Shown here: positions 9,986 to 24,458 of the stretch, one piece after another
Layout of the letters: each line of letters starts with the position of its first letter
Position numbering within the stretch: the first letter of the stretch is position 1
Source: Octopus sinensis
Taxonomy: Eukaryota
Assembly: GCF_006345805.1 (NCBI RefSeq)
Contig: NC_042998.1
Span: 4,526,001 to 4,590,000 of the forward strand
Length of the DNA: 64,000 nucleotides
Direction: 5' to 3'
Translations under genes and position numbers: made by a program
Notes under the pieces: generated by a model
Databases searched by the model: none
Told to the model about the DNA's origin: nothing
The model's input: only the letters and a program-made list of their open reading frames with translations

Positions 9986-10929
9986 ACAATAACAGTAAAA
10001 TATATTATTTCTGATGATTCTCTCAATAAATTTAATTTGAATAGAAAATGTCGGCAAATAATTAAGAATGGCCTACTTTTTTCTCATTCTTCAAGCTCCC
10101 ATTTGCGATATTATCTTATTTGTCTAGTATTTTAGGCAGACAGACCTAATTTTAAATATCTCATGACACAGTTCTGCGTCTAAGGCTGCAAACGATAATG
10201 TAAAAGGCAGATACGCTGACTATAAGAAATATAAGACATGCAGTCTGTTTTCATCTAATGCAATTATTTATCAATGCTAATTAGTTATCATTCATGTGAT
10301 TTCTATATTTATCTATGGGAAAAGCGTTATTCCTTCCAGTAACACAATTTCTCGTTCATGGGGTAAATGATAGATAATTTAAAGACTCCAAGATACATTT
10401 TCATATGAAATTTAAAATTAAAGTTGGTGTGAAACAGGGAAGTGATTGAATGTGAGATATAAATTTAGTCTGAATATTTACTAAATACGGTTCCATATTG
10501 AAAGAAATGCCTACTAAATTGTGCGGTGTATATAAGGGCAAAACACTGCATGAATTGGGTATGGAGAGTTCTTTGGTTACAATATTTTCTATCATATTGA
10601 ACCATAAAAATATGAACCACATTTGATCCTCTGCGCTTTGTAATTTGCTGTAATGAGATGGAGTACGTAATTCTACTGGCGTATTTTTCTTTACAGCAAT
10701 ATTAGGTACAAAACCGTACGTTAAGTGTCTATCGTTCAATAAGTGAATATACACTTATTAGCAAGTTTGATGGCTAAATAATGTGTAGCAAAATAGGAAT
10801 TATACAGATATGTCTCTATTTATGAAAAGTAAAGAATTCAATTATTATATTACTTAACAATAATATAAAGAAAAGGTTGACACCATAAATGTGTATATAA
10901 GACCTTCATATGTTATGCGTCGATGATGT

Positions 10930-11110
10930 CATTGTGCTTTGCAACGTTTTAACCTTCGAATAACGCCACTCCGCTGGATTGAAAGGGAAAACTAGAGCAA
11001 CGGGAAATGAAGTGTTTTGCTCAAGTACCCAACACGCCGCCCAAGGCATGGAAATCGAAATCCCGATCTAGCGATTTTGAGTGCAATGACCTGACAGACC
11101 ACGCTTCTTC
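10930..11110 (-). mobile_element. Decayed tRNA/CORE-type SINE fragment
   Basis: Reverse complement resembles the SINE at 63177-63390 (TTGAGCAAAACACTTCATTTC..GTTGCTC). Confidence 0.55.
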
Positions 11111-11129
11111 ACATGTGTATATATTCCTC

Positions 11130-11225
11130 CTCCTCTTCCCCCTTCTCTTCTTCTTCGTCTTCTTCTTCTTCTTCTTCTTCTTCTTCTTCTTCTTCTTCTA
11201 CTTCTTCTTCTACTTCTTCTTCTTA
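11130..11225. repeat. (TTC)n microsatellite
   Basis: Direct reading of the sequence. Confidence 0.95.
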
Positions 11226-11235
11226 TTATTACTAT

Positions 11236-14165
11236 TATTCAGTAGTTTTATTTTTATAGCGTGCTTTCACTTCACTACCGAGCGCAGCTCTGTGTGCATT
11301 CGGTATGTGCTGTGATTTGTTGTGATGCTCTGATGGTTACTGTATTGAAAGTGTTCTGAGTAGGATGGGTGCAGTGCCCAGTAGTGCAATTTTCTGTATG
11401 TTATATGTGTTTGTAAGTCCTGGTGTTTTTGTTATGTATCTGTCTGAATAGTTTTTTTATCATACCTAATGCACCTACTATGATAGGAATTGTTTCTGTT
11501 TTTAGATTCCACATTCCAGTTACCTCTATTTCCAGGTCCTTGTATTTTGAAAGTTTCTCCATTTCTTTTAGAGACACGTTGTCATCAACCGGTATTGATA
11601 CATCAATTAGAAAGCATTTTTTTCTTCATGATCTCTGACAACTATATCTGGTCTGTTGGCCTTAATTTCTCTATCTGTGTGTATCGGCATATCCCAGAGT
11701 ATGGTTGCTTTCTAGTTTTCTGTGACCTTTTCTGGTGTGTGCCTATACCATCTTTTTTCTGTTGTTATTCCATAATGTTGGCATAGCTTCCAGCGTATGT
11801 AGGTTCCAACACTGTCATGTCTGTGAATATATTCCTTCTTAGCCAGGACTGGGCAGCCAGAGATAATATGATTTATTGTTTCTTGTCCATCTCCACATAT
11901 TCTGCAGTTACTTGTAATATTTCTTTTCATTACATGTTTTTGGTAATTTCTGGTGAGGAGGCTTTGGTATTGTGCTGCAATTAAAAATCCCTCTGTTTCT
12001 GCTTTGAGTCCTGAGCTTCTCAACCATTGCTGGGATTTTTCTCTGTCTATTTCTTTTGCGTTTAGTTTAGTGCAGTATTTACCATGAAGGGGCTTTTCTT
12101 GCCATCGTTTTATCATGGTTCGTTGCTGTTCTATGTTTAGTTTGGATTTCATTTGTTTTATAGCTTTTGTTGTTTCTTCATCTTCTTCTTCTTATTCTTC
12201 ATATTTATTAGGTGGTATGATTTCTTGTTTGTATTTGTCAGCTTCCTTAAATACTAAGAACTGTTTTTTGTTTTGCTCGTGTTTTGTCGCTATTTGTTTC
12301 AGTTTTCCCTTCCTTCTGAAGTAGATATTTTTGCAGTCCTATGGTGGTTATTTTATAGTAGTTTTCCAGCTGTATAAGACCTCTACCATCTTCTATACGT
12401 TGTATATATAGTCTTTCTATGTCAGATTTTGGGTGATGCATCCTAGATCCTGTCAGTATTTTTCTTGTTTTCCTATCTATTTTGGTCAGTTCATTTCGTG
12501 TCCAGTTAAGGATATTGTAGCTGTAACTTATAACTGGGACAGCTAAAGTGTTGATACCTATTATCTTGTTTTTAGCATTGAGCTCTGTTTTCAGTATTGA
12601 TCTAACTCGTCTAAAATATTCTTTTTTTATTTTCTCTTTCATTTGTGTGTGTTGTGTCTTATCTAGTTCATGGATTTCGAAGTATTTGTAAGTTTGGCTT
12701 TGGTCTAATTCTTTTATTTCATTGGTTTTATCTAGTGTGATGTCGCTACTCATAACTAGTTTTCCTCTTTTCATGGTTACTTTGGCGCATTTTTCTAATC
12801 CAAATTTCATATCTATTTTTTTGGTAAATCCATGAACTGTCTTTAATAGTGTTTCCAGCTGTTTGTCATTTGCAGCGTATAGTTTTAGGTCATCCATATA
12901 TAAAAGGTGGCTGATCATTTTGCCGTAACATTTATATCCGCATCCAGTTCTAATTAGCATATCCGATAGAGGTGACAGTGCCAAGCAGAAAAGGAGTGGA
13001 GAGAGCGTGTCTCCCTGGAATATTCCTCTTCTAATGGGGATGGCTTTGGTTTTTATGAGTCCCTCTTTTGTTTGGAGCTGTAGCACTGTTTGCCATTTAT
13101 TCATAGAGTGCCCTATGAATTTTATAATTGTTGGTGCTACTTTGTTAATGGCTAGTGTTTCGAGGATACATGTGTGGAGGATGCTATCACACGCCTTTTT
13201 GTAGTCGATCCAGGCCATACTGAGGCCTTTCTTCTTTCTGTGGCTGTCTTCAGTTACGGCTTTATTAATCATTAGTTGATCTTTACAGCCATATGAGCCT
13301 TTGCTGCATTCTTTCTGCTCTTTTGGAAACAGGTTGTTTTCATCCAGGTGCTTGTTCAACCTTTGCGATATCACTGCAGTAAATGCCTTGTACATAGTAG
13401 GGAGACAGGTTATTGGTCTGTAGTTTTCTGGTTTTGCTGTCTCATTTGATTTGAGCATTAAGATGGTTTTCCCCTTCGTGAGCCATTCAGGCATTGTCTC
13501 TGGCTCTGCTAGTATGTTGTTAAAGTTTTCAGCCAGCTTTTTGTGCATTCCTGTTAGATATTTCAACCAGAAGTTGGGGATCTTGTCATGCCCAGGTGCC
13601 TTCCAGTTGCTTAGTCTTTGCAGTGCCTGGGTGACCTCTTCAGTTGTTATGGGGGTCCAAAGTTGCTCAGATGCTGAGTTTGTTGTTTTAATACTCCTGT
13701 TTTTGGTTGTTCGTTCGCCGACCATATTTCTCCCCAGAATTCTTCCAATTCTGCCGTTGGTGCTGCAGTGATTTCTATTTTATTTTTGCCAAGTTCTTGG
13801 TAGAACTTTTTGGGGTTGGAGTTGAAGTTTTTGTTTTGTTCAAAGAAGCGCTGGCGTTTCTCGTACCGGCGGATCCTTTGTGCTTTGGCAAGGATATCTT
13901 GCTTCAGCTTTTCTTTTATATCAGGTAAATCTTTTTCTGTGATGTTATATTTGCGGAGTATTTTTGTTTTCTTTTTGTTGCTCAGTAGCGTTGATTGTCT
14001 ACTGATTTCATTAAGAATCGACAGATCTTTTCTCATTTTTTGTATTTTGTTTTGGATGTTATTTATGCATAGGGTTTGTTTGGGTGGTGGTACTCCTGTT
14101 TGGATGGGTTTGAGTGAGTATCCAGCTTCTTTTGTGGCTGCAGTAGCTACTGCGTATACTGCGTA
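11236..14165 (-). mobile_element. R4/Dong-clade non-LTR retrotransposon (RT, CCHC, restriction-like endonuclease), 5'-truncated, frameshifted; copy 1
   Basis: ORFs 13647-14036 (AKAQRIRRYEKR), 12247-13725 (WKAPGHD, NYRPITCL, WIDYKKA, GIFQGDTLSP, HLLYMDDLK) and 11712-12152 (CRICG..ETINHIISGC..RHD), with the REL region at 11340-11720 homologous to copy 2. Short TAA-like repeats at both junctions. Confidence 0.9.
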
Positions 14166-14211
14166 TAATAATAATAATAATTATTATTATTGTTATTATT
14201 ATTATTATTAT

Positions 14212-14690
14212 TGACTGAAAGAGTAGTCCATACCATCAAAGTGACACTGGGGTAAAATATACGAAGCCCACTATACCCATCATGACAACGCGTCTGATAA
14301 GAGTACACCATGCACATGCATCTTAACCATATGTGCGCGACATGATGATCTCATATCAAGATAAACAGGAAATGACCTTATAGGTGGGGCCCAGTTAGAA
14401 TTTGTTTCAAGTCAAGTGGCCCATCCCGTTCAGAAAGTCTCTGAATAAGGATTGTTTAAGGATGTTGAACGAAACATCCATGTTTCCAGAGGTGAATTAT
14501 TCAAGCCTCAAAGAATTACTCTCAACACATGGCTATGATACTCCTCCACTACTTCTACTCGAGATCAGAGATGCACATATTGTCAGCCACTAAGGGACAT
14601 GCTCAACTGGTTAAGGTCAAACAAGCAAATCTGTGATATTGAGCAGAATATTTGCAGTAGCCCATCTTTTATAGCAAGACAAAACAATAA
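14212..14690 (-). other. Unclassified complex sequence ending in an (AAT)n tail, probably a non-autonomous retroelement
   Basis: Non-coding and less AT-rich than flanks; terminates in (AAT)n on the minus strand. Single copy in the window, so repetitiveness is not shown here. Confidence 0.3.
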
Positions 14691-14704
14691 CACTTCCAAT
14701 AAGT

Positions 14705-14705
14705 T

Positions 14706-14778
<73 letters not shown>

Positions 14779-14810
14779 GCTACTGCCGCTGCTGCTGCTG
14801 CTGCTATTAT
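14705..14810. repeat. (ACT)n then (GCT)n trinucleotide tract
   Basis: Direct reading of the sequence. Confidence 0.95.
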
Positions 14811-14834
14811 TATGATTACTATTGTTATTATCAT

Positions 14835-15455
14835 TTACGGTTTCCTTTCATAACTTTATTTCAGCTGCCTTTGTACCAAACATCTTCCAGATGCCAAGAG
14901 TAGCAAGGACACTTTTGTTTTGCCTTGAATGCTAAAATTATCACCACATTTATTCCATTTTAGATGGAGAGTGCCTTCCGTAGTATATGGGATGTACCCA
15001 TCAAGGTTATCTTTTGTAGTTCACGGAGATTGGAGTTATTAGGGAGTTGCTTAATATATTTCTCAGCTCCCTTCTTTACCATTCCCAACACACCAATTAC
15101 TACTAGTATTAACGTAGCACGAAGCTTCCACATTTTTGTGATTTCAATTTGCAAATCTTTATAGTGAGAAAACTTTTCGTATTCCTTTCTTGAGACAGTT
15201 TGGTCTTGTGGGATAAACATATCTAATAACAGACAAGTTCCTCTATTTTGTTCTTGATCCCAATGTCTGGTCGATTGGAATAAATTTTTCTGTCTGTTAG
15301 TGTTGGGAAGTTCCACAGGGTGTTGACGCCGCCAGCCATTTATACATCCTCTGGATGATGCCTGTATCACTTACCATGGGATTTGAATTTGTAGTATTTA
15401 CAGGCATTCCAGTGGATGTACTGTCCTAGTCTGTCATGTCTTACGAGGGACTACT
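14835..15455 (-). mobile_element. Second R4/Dong family, 3' fragment (REL endonuclease only)
   Basis: RHDRLGQYIHWNAC...TDRKIYSNRPDI and EYEKFSHYKDLQIEITKMWKLRATLILVVIGVLG...GTSHILRKALS. Clearly diverged from copies 1 and 2; (ATT)n lies at 15460-15555. Confidence 0.8.
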
Positions 15456-15461
15456 TTATCA

Positions 15462-15534
<73 letters not shown>

Positions 15535-17124
15535 TATTATTATTATTATCATTATTGGGAACAGTTTGATTTGGTTCCATGCAACTTCAGGATTCTAGAA
15601 AAATCCGAATGGAGAGATCCAGAAAGCCTAAGATGGCTACTAGATTTATTGGTAAAGGAGGATCACGTGGTGTTATAGGCAATAATGTCAATTCCTTAGC
15701 GACACCAATTCCAGTCGAAAGAAGAGTTTCTTTGATCACGTGGTTGGATAGGAAACTAGCGACGTCAGTGTGTCTGGATGTGGTAGCGGTGAGGCAGATG
15801 AATGTATGAGGTGTTGTGTGCGCGTGTCTGTATTTCTTTATGCTTGCGTGTGTATATGTATCTGTGTGTATACTCTCGTACACATGCATATACATGGGTG
15901 TAATTATTTGTTGTATGGGTGTACGTATGTGTGGGTGTGTGTGCATGTGTTTGTGTTGCGTATATGTTGTTTGTTGTGTTGGTTGCTGGTAAGTTGGTTG
16001 CTGTTATAGTTGTTTGTATAATTGTTTTTGTGTATCTGTGTGTGTATTGGTGCCTTTAGATGAAAAGATTTCGCATATAAAAAAAGAGGAAAAACAATGT
16101 GATAATCTCGACCATCTGTGTAAGATGTGCAGAAATAGCTAATACCCAGTTTGATAGCAAAAGTAAATAAACGAAAGGCCTTTATAATATCGTTGCTAAC
16201 AGAAAATAAACATAACAATGTGAAACTGCAAGACTGATATTTGGACATTAGTGCATGCAATCATAAATCTCCACCAACCGTTTTGCAAAAAGCAGCATTT
16301 GAATCGGGCCTTATATGAAATGAAATGCGAATGGCGAATGTATTATTGTTATTGTCGTAAAAACTGCAGTGGTAGATTATGTAAGAACTGCGAAAATAGT
16401 CAAATATATCATTGTGTCTCTTTCGTAATTATGAGTCTGATTGTTGTTGATAGAATGGAGGACAGCAATTGCGTTGGTAGTCATAGGAATATTGAACATT
16501 TATACTACTTCCTTTCCAATTTACAGTAGTCTTAATATAAAATAAACTTCATGTACGCAAGCTTACATGAATGGATACATATCAATTTTGGTAATACTTT
16601 AATTTTCACTGCTTAACTGAGTGAAGCACTGTATAATGTGGGTATGCGGAGTGTTTTTTGTTTCTCAGTTTCTATTATATTGGAATGCGCAGTAATAGAA
16701 ACTAGGAATGCCTAATACAGGTACGGACTGACTATCCATTCATTGATAGTCCAAAATCTTTTAGGATCCGCGGTAATCTACGGGCAAGAACTTCAAATTC
16801 TTGCGGCTGTCCAATTGATTTACTGCTATCTTACACAGTACAGTATGTTTAATCTGAAACAATTATACTAATGTACAAGCATCAGTATTTTTTATTTAAT
16901 TAGTTAAATAAAAACAGCAATGCAGAAAGTCTCTGGAACCAAAGTTTCCGGATAATCATTGTTGCACCTGCAGTACTACATGACACAAATATCTACAAAG
17001 CACGCGAAGTATAAATTCCATGGAATCTACATTATATTTGCTTTCAATCACTGCATCCTGGTTATCTCAACTTCCATATAATTTTATTGACCGGATACGA
17101 TTCGTAAATGATACGTCAGTCCAG

Positions 17125-17420
17125 TGGTGTTCCCACTGTGCTACAGAACCGTATTATGCTGTAATGTGATGGCATCTATGAACAACCTCTACTCATTTGG
17201 CTCATAGGTCAGCTCAAGGAAATTTCTCTGACATCATTAAAATAAGTCAAGTTGTTTTCCGAAGTGAAGAATTGTTGTAGATCTGCAGAACGCTTCCTAG
17301 ATACAGTAATTGGAGCATCATTATCCAACAAGTTCCATTATTGCACTCTATGGCTTAGTCCGTGTTAGATCACGAACTAGATCATCGAGCTCAGGTCAGA
17401 TGATAAGGTGTGGTTTCTTG
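17125..17420 (-). mobile_element. Chapaev3-like DNA transposase remnant
   Basis: PHLII*PELDDLVRDL...WNLLD...RKRSADLQQFFTSENNLTYFNDV...YEPNE*RLFID....VL*HSGN parallels the recalled motif PHLITQxELNDLVRDL..WNLL..EWRLFIDSS..LKAVLLHNGN. Superfamily label is from memory. Confidence 0.6.
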
Positions 17421-20400
17421 TCAGATTTATCACGGATTTAGACCCATATAACTATTCAAATATTATATGTACTGTTATAATTTTCGTAGGTTAGGTTGAC
17501 AAGTACCTTAGAAACACTCCATTAAAATTATATCCAAAATTCTCTATAACTTTTAGAGTTGTCCGTTTCGGCCCATTCCAGTTCGCATCAGTATATTTGA
17601 CGTAAGATGGTAACTTATGAGATGCTGGAGGGTCACAAAAAGAAACGGATGTTATATTCACGATCTAAACATAAAATACCTCTGGAAAAGCTTATTGTCA
17701 TTTCTGCTTTCTTTCATTGTTATACCCTGTTATCAACCACACCTGTCAGTAATAGAGTGACCTGCCAATCTAATGAAAAACAAAAGGGTACATTAGTGTG
17801 AAAGCAGACTATCTGCGGTACTCACTGAAAATTGTATATGCAGTACTCACTGAAAAATTTATGCCCGGAACATGTATAAAGACTTGACCAGGTAATTTGC
17901 AATTCATTATTCACCCTCACTTTCTTTCCCGAAATTAAACAGAAGATATACTTCCAATAACAACATCCTATATTTGACATCATCTTAACGATTACTAAAA
18001 ATTACAAGAAGTTTTTCAGTTTTCATTTTTTTTTTCCTTTTCTTCTGTCAATACGTAGATATCCAAACCCTTCCTCAGTATATTAAGAAACAAATATTAA
18101 AACTTAACTAGAGAACCTAAATGTAGTACTTTGAACCTTTTCAGTGTAGGCAATTCAGCAACATTTCCTCAAAATATTTCTCATGTGTACATATTATTTT
18201 GAAGTTTTCAATCACATCGGCAGTATAAGCACTTTAAATCAATTGACTGTCATGTGATATAACATATGATGTAGATAAAGGAATAACGATATGATCTGAT
18301 TGTCAAAGATCAGTAAGGTACAAATCATAAAATCATATTCTAATACAGGTTTTATTTCCATTCAGCTCAGTGATACATTTGAGTGACTAGGCTATCTTGA
18401 AGCGCCTAATTCCAATGATATAATACTACATAGGGAATAAGGGAATTTCTTTAGCTCTTATCTTTTCTCAGCTCGTACAGGTGAATGCATATCGTAAATT
18501 GGGAAATACAAGAAGAATTACGGAAGCCAAGTCTATAAAACAGTATCAGCAACTTAGAATTTACCCAAGCTACATATCTCTAGACCACTCTAACATAACT
18601 TCTATTTTATCATTTTATTTCAAGTAGCACAATATAAAATATAATCTGACTACGTATACTACCATGTTTATGTATGCAACTTTATCCCTACACATATCTA
18701 GTTCAATAAACAATTTCTGCTGAAGGATGTGTCTGTATAAGCTTCTGCATTTACGCATTACATATTGAATCGAAACGATAAAATGAAAGTGATAAGTAAA
18801 GCTAAAATATTTAATGCGAAAGCTGTGTGGAATTTCAATGGTTACTATACAAAATAACAATCTATGAAAGATAAATTGCAAATTACTAATCCCCCCCCCC
18901 CTAATATAGTGATCTGGCAGAAAATTAAATATCATTTGCCAGCTATCATTCTGTTCCTCATTTTCACATTCTTTGTTGTCGTAGTTTTGTTCATAGAAAA
19001 AGCAGATTTCAATTAAAGATAAAATTTCCATTCGAAAATGTTCATTCAATTGATTATTTTGTCTTGAAGAGTTATCCAACTCTTCAAGCTTGGGATTATT
19101 TCCTTCCATTCGAATGGCATCTCAATATGCTTCATTATTCCTTTATTTAATTTAGTCAGTGATTGCTTTATTTCCATTATATAACTAAAAGGAATACTAC
19201 TTTTTAATAGCAACTCTCATGTTGAGATATATTGAGTATTCGCTTAAATTTTTCAAAATCAATTTATTTTTAGTTTTCCATCTGATGCTCGATACATGCA
19301 TGGATTGAATTGTTCTGAGCTGTGCAACTACCCATGTGAGCTTGTGTTTAGCCTGTCTTTGTGTTCAAAAATTGTATATCTGTGCAACTCTAGGCAGTAA
19401 TTTTATGGACGCATGATCCTGAAAGACTTCTAACATATTAGTAGGAAGGCTTATGTTTCATGCACCAACAAGAGTAGTGAACTCTCGTAAATACATTTAA
19501 CTTACATTGGCTTATTCAATCTAGTTTTAAATAAGATTAAACATGGATAGATACATTTAACTTACATTGGCTTATTCAATTTAGCTGCAAATACGTTTGT
19601 TGACTAAGCAGTCTGTTTACTGAATAATGGATATCTGCTTTGTTAGCAATGAGAACAAATCTCTGACTCTCAGATAGTTATTGACAATGTAAGTGAAAAT
19701 CATTACAGGATTTATTCTCTTAAATCAGTGTATGAGCATAACATTTTTAGTACTGTTCTGGTGCTTCGATAGCTTCTCACGAAATAATGTACACTGATGA
19801 TAAAATCATTGCTTAATACCTAGATTGTTTGCACCTTAAACACATTGCTTTAAAACCCTTCGTCGGAGGAGATTCAAGAATAATAAAACCATTACGTTTT
19901 AAAAGTGTATTTATATAATTTAGTGAAAGCACTACACATCATGTACAGAATTTTCTAACAAAATCGTACCCGATACTTCTTCTTTAATTACATGTATACA
20001 ATACGAATCTTAAACTGGGGTCGCAAAAATATGCAGTTAACAATACCGATTCAAACAAGCATACGGATGCATTGATACATACTTAAATGCGTACATACGT
20101 GCATAAAGTTTGTATGTATATGTGTGTATATGTATTTGCGTGGGTGTTAGCTTAAAAAGCGGAAGTCTACATATATGCATAACACTACACACGTATGTTT
20201 ACCCAAACACACACACACACACGCATATTTATATATGTATATACACATGCATACATATATATACTTGCAAACACACAAGTTCACACAAGCACACAAACAT
20301 ACACACACACACACACACACGAGCGCACACACGCTCACACACACATACAGGCAAATCTTATTCACCTGTTTCTTTCTTGAGTGTGATTCTGGCTCTCACT

Positions 20401-21563
20401 ACTTCGCGTAGGTTTGTTTAATAGAAGAAAAATTTGGTCAGTCTTAGACATAAATCACTGCGTTTTGATATCGTATCGATTTCTCTGCATTTTCTGTTTT
20501 CAGTATAAAAAGTAAGCTTCACTTTCAATAAAAGCGACGATTGAAAAATGTATTATTTATTTCTTTATAAAAGTTACTGAGCTTGTTGAGTTTTTTAGCT
20601 TTTCTCACAATTTCTACTGGCTCACATTGCTGTAACTAGTATAACCCCTCTTAGTGCTGTACTGATAATCCATAGATATCCACCTATGATGCTAGAAGTA
20701 ACAAAGAGGGTACTCCATTGCCTCCAGATCATAAGAATCTGTCATCGAAATCATCAACACAAAATTAAGCTATCATTAATGACGTTCTTTGCAGCGCCAT
20801 TTACCTCACGCTATCTTTAACCAAGCGAATGATTGCGAAATGTTTTTGCATTGACAAGTATCACACATTTCCATTAGAATTGCTTTTCTAAAGAACCAGG
20901 TTTTAAAACATTTCATTCGAAAACCTAATATAAACTTTTCTGCTTTTCTGTCTATAGATCTTTCGACGAAATGTGTCTTGGAAAATCAACTGATCTTGTA
21001 TGACTCCAGCCTCAAGTAAGAGCATGAAGCAGACAAGCAAGCAGCAGAAATAGATGCATACATAAATATCTACTAGGTATCTAACTAAAAAATTAACCAT
21101 CGATAAAAATCCAAGGGAGTGACATAAAAGAAATGGTTTCATCTTTAATATCATCTGTTTGTCACCGTGAGCGTTATCTACCAAAGTAGCCTTATACAAT
21201 TTTAAAAGTAATCCACGATATTGTTAGGTATTGTTCAGATTAAGATAAAGATACAAACTCTGTATGAAATGTATGACACAATCATTGCTATAAAATTTTT
21301 GGTCTATTTTAATTACTGAGACCATCTGTTAAGGTATTTCTTTGAAATAGTGTTGTCACACCAAAATATTGATGTCATACCCCATGAGTGAGATGTGCGC
21401 TCACATTCAGAAAGAAAGGGCTACGCGAAGAAAGTGTAGGATTAAGTTGGAATATGGCGGATAATTATGAAGTGCAAGTTAACACGGAACTATAAGACAT
21501 AATCTAACGTAGAGTTTTAATAAGTTAAGCAGCAAAGTGTCCATTTCAATATTTATTAACAAT

Positions 21564-21777
21564 AAGGCGGCGAGCTGGCAGAAACGTTAACAAGCCAAGC
21601 GAAATGCTTAGCGGTTTTTCGTCTGTCTTTAAGCTCTGAATTCAAATTACGCCGAGCCCGACTTTGTCTTTCATTCTTTTGTTATCGATAAACTAAGTAC
21701 CAGTTGCGTACTGGGGTCGATCTAATCGACTAGCCCTCTCCCCTAAAATTTCGGACCTTGTGTCTAGAGTAGAAAAG
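21564..21777 (+). mobile_element. tRNA-derived SINE monomer with 16-bp TSD
   Basis: Same head and body as the 9405 array; TSD AATATTTATTAACAAT at 21548-21563 and 21778-21793. Confidence 0.9.
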
Positions 21778-21845
21778 AATATTTATTAACAATTTTGATG
21801 CATCTGACACGCATTGTTCTCTCATTATATACATATGTATGTGTG

Positions 21846-21879
<34 letters not shown>

Positions 21880-22206
21880 GTGTTTGTGTGTGTATGTGTA
21901 TGTGTGTGTGTGTATGTGTGTGTGTGTGTGTGACTATTCTCATTCTATGCTCTTCTAATTTTCTAGCAATTCAACATTGGCGAAAAGGTATTACATTGTT
22001 GATGAATACTAATAATGGATTAACTTCGCACTTACTCATGGTAATATAAAGTGAATGTCAAACTATGTCTAACTCTCTTTCTGATTGTGGCTAACATTCG
22101 GCTTTATTGATTTAAGTCATAATTATAATTATTAGCAGTTTCATATGTTTGGAACATTATTAAATGTAGTATTACATAATTACTAGGTAAGTTGAAACTC
22201 AGTTCC

Positions 22207-22228
22207 TTATCTATCTATCTATCTATCC

Positions 22229-22318
<90 letters not shown>
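22207..22318. repeat. (TATC)n microsatellite, unoccupied by Tx1
   Basis: Direct reading of the sequence. Confidence 0.95.
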
Positions 22319-24419
22319 ATATATATATATATACACGCACATATATATATATATATACAAATATATGTATGTATATATGTATGTCTGTTTATATATACAT
22401 AAATTTAATTATGTGTGTATATATAGATATATATGTGTGTGTGGGTGTCTGTATGTATGTGTGTAGAATTATAATTATGTAGGTAATTATAACTAATTAA
22501 ACAAATGCATAATTAAACAAATGATAACGCAAAATACTGTGTAGAATTGATATAATACAAATTGGACATAATTTCGTCTGTAAATTGAGGCCTTTAACAG
22601 AGATGAGATATAGACAGTATTAAATTGTCAAGAATATTATACTGAAGACAATTATGGGGAAAAGTATGATATAAGAAGATATTTCATTTGACATTGGTGG
22701 TAATAACCATTTAACCTGTAGGACATGTGTACCAAAACTGCAAAATATTAAATTAGGGTACTTCTCACCCGCCGATATCTTCATATATATGATGAGTGGT
22801 ACTCATAAACGTTTGGCGTTGGGAAACTCAGAAGAATTATAATGAAGTAGAAAAATGACCTCATTGATATTATTGTCGAGGGAACTACATCCTTATTTTG
22901 TGCGTTAAACATTTTTACTGTAAAAATGAAATAGAAGATGAAGTTTTACAAGACAGGTTTTATGATATCGTACCGTAATTTATTCTAATTTTCATTTGAA
23001 TAGTTCACTGAAACTTTCTTTGGATTATAAAAAAGATGGAATAATGTGCCCTGGCCTGGATACACCCTGAATCTTGTAAAGAAGTTTCCAATCCAAGAAA
23101 ATATAATCTCGTTTTGTGGTGCGTAGAAAATGCGTAAGAAGTTTTTATTTTACTTTTAGAGAATTTATGTCTCATGCCGAGACAGTAAAATGTCTACGAA
23201 ATCAACCTGTCTTCTGTGTGTATCATGACGAAAGTACAAAATATCTAATATGCTATTTATTACTAAAACTACCTTGATTACTTGGGGAGGATATGGTTAA
23301 CATGCATAAAAGTAACTGAATCTCTGACCAGTCAAATATGCCTTATGGACTGTAGAGGAATCTTGAATATAGTATAAATTTTCATACGCTAATTATCATA
23401 GTGCTAAGCAGCTGTGGAAGCATATTTCACAGCTCTAGGTATTAGTTTAGATAGCCGAACAATGGTCTGGTTGGTATTTGTGACCAATATTTGAAGTGTG
23501 GCTCAAAGAAATACAGAAGTCAGAATATGGAAGAGAAATGCAGGTCAAGAATAAAGATGAAATAGTAAATGAGGAAGGATGGAAAGAGAGGAAAAAAGCG
23601 GGGAAGTTGAAGAAGATGATGAAGATTAGGGTAATTCTCATGACCTTCATTTTAACAACAAAAGCAATAATTACTATCGTTGTCGTCTTCCTTGTGTAGA
23701 AGACGAACTGTTGTCTGAGGGTAAAATGCATGTTTATAAATAATATCTACTTCAGAATTCAAATTGTTCGACTGAATTCTGATTTTAAAATTCACTGTAA
23801 ACGTTAAGTATTACCAGTAAGAAGGTACTAAAATCTAGAAGTTTCACAAAGCAGAAATTACATCATGTTGCAATTTTAGTTTCATGCTTATGTAGCTGGT
23901 GGTAGGAAATGCTTCTAGTTATGAAAAGAAATCGATCCTCAAACCAAAGGAAGCAAATAACTAAAGTAAATGATCGACCAGTCATCACTTGTTTTGCTAT
24001 GATGAACTCTGAGGAAAGAAAAAGAACAGAAACAAAGAAGGCAATTTACATAAAGACAAACAAATATACTAAAATAGTGATATCATAAAATATATAGAAA
24101 GAAGTTTGGCAGAAAAGCTACAAATAATATGTCAAGGAAAGTTATGTAAAAGAAACGAAGCAACACAATTACTTGAAAGGTATTCATATTTTTTTTATAT
24201 ACAAACAATCAGAAAATTCCCATGATAAAACGCATTTCAATAGGAGCAAGAGATTGTTCACATCACAAGGAAACATTGCAGTCTTTCTTTTTACGATTGA
24301 TAATTGCTTGAAAATGCATTGAAAAATGAATTTATGCGCACATACATATGAATGTGTGTAGTTGTATGTAAATTCGTGAGTGTGTGTCCGAGAGAGAGAG
24401 AGGAAAGGAGAAAGAGAGG

Positions 24420-24458
<39 letters not shown>

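Noticed and set aside
10004-10062. CTGATGA...GAAAATGTC hammerhead-like string
   Set aside because: Stem II lacks a proper closing pair, stem III is one pair and stem I needs a 3-nt insertion; compatible with chance in AT-rich DNA.
14212-14690. Possible HDV-like ribozyme in the unclassified element
   Set aside because: Could not build the nested double-pseudoknot pairing by eye.
16251-16529. Cys-rich 92-aa ORF
   Set aside because: No recognisable Cys spacing pattern or splice context.
18615-19109. 164-aa minus-strand ORF
   Set aside because: Composition reflects AT-rich DNA; no domain motif recognised.
19492-19582. Small local direct duplications (also ~557-615, ~17820-17860, ~52370-52480)
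   Set aside because: Two-copy slippage-type repeats without regular unique spacers; not CRISPR-like and no further structure.
20958-21015. Candidate 58-nt + strand exon with good AG/GTAAG signals (LSTKCVLENQLILYDSSL)
   Set aside because: Such signals occur by chance in 64 kb and the peptide is not recognisable. It cannot be excluded that the window is intronic to a large gene.
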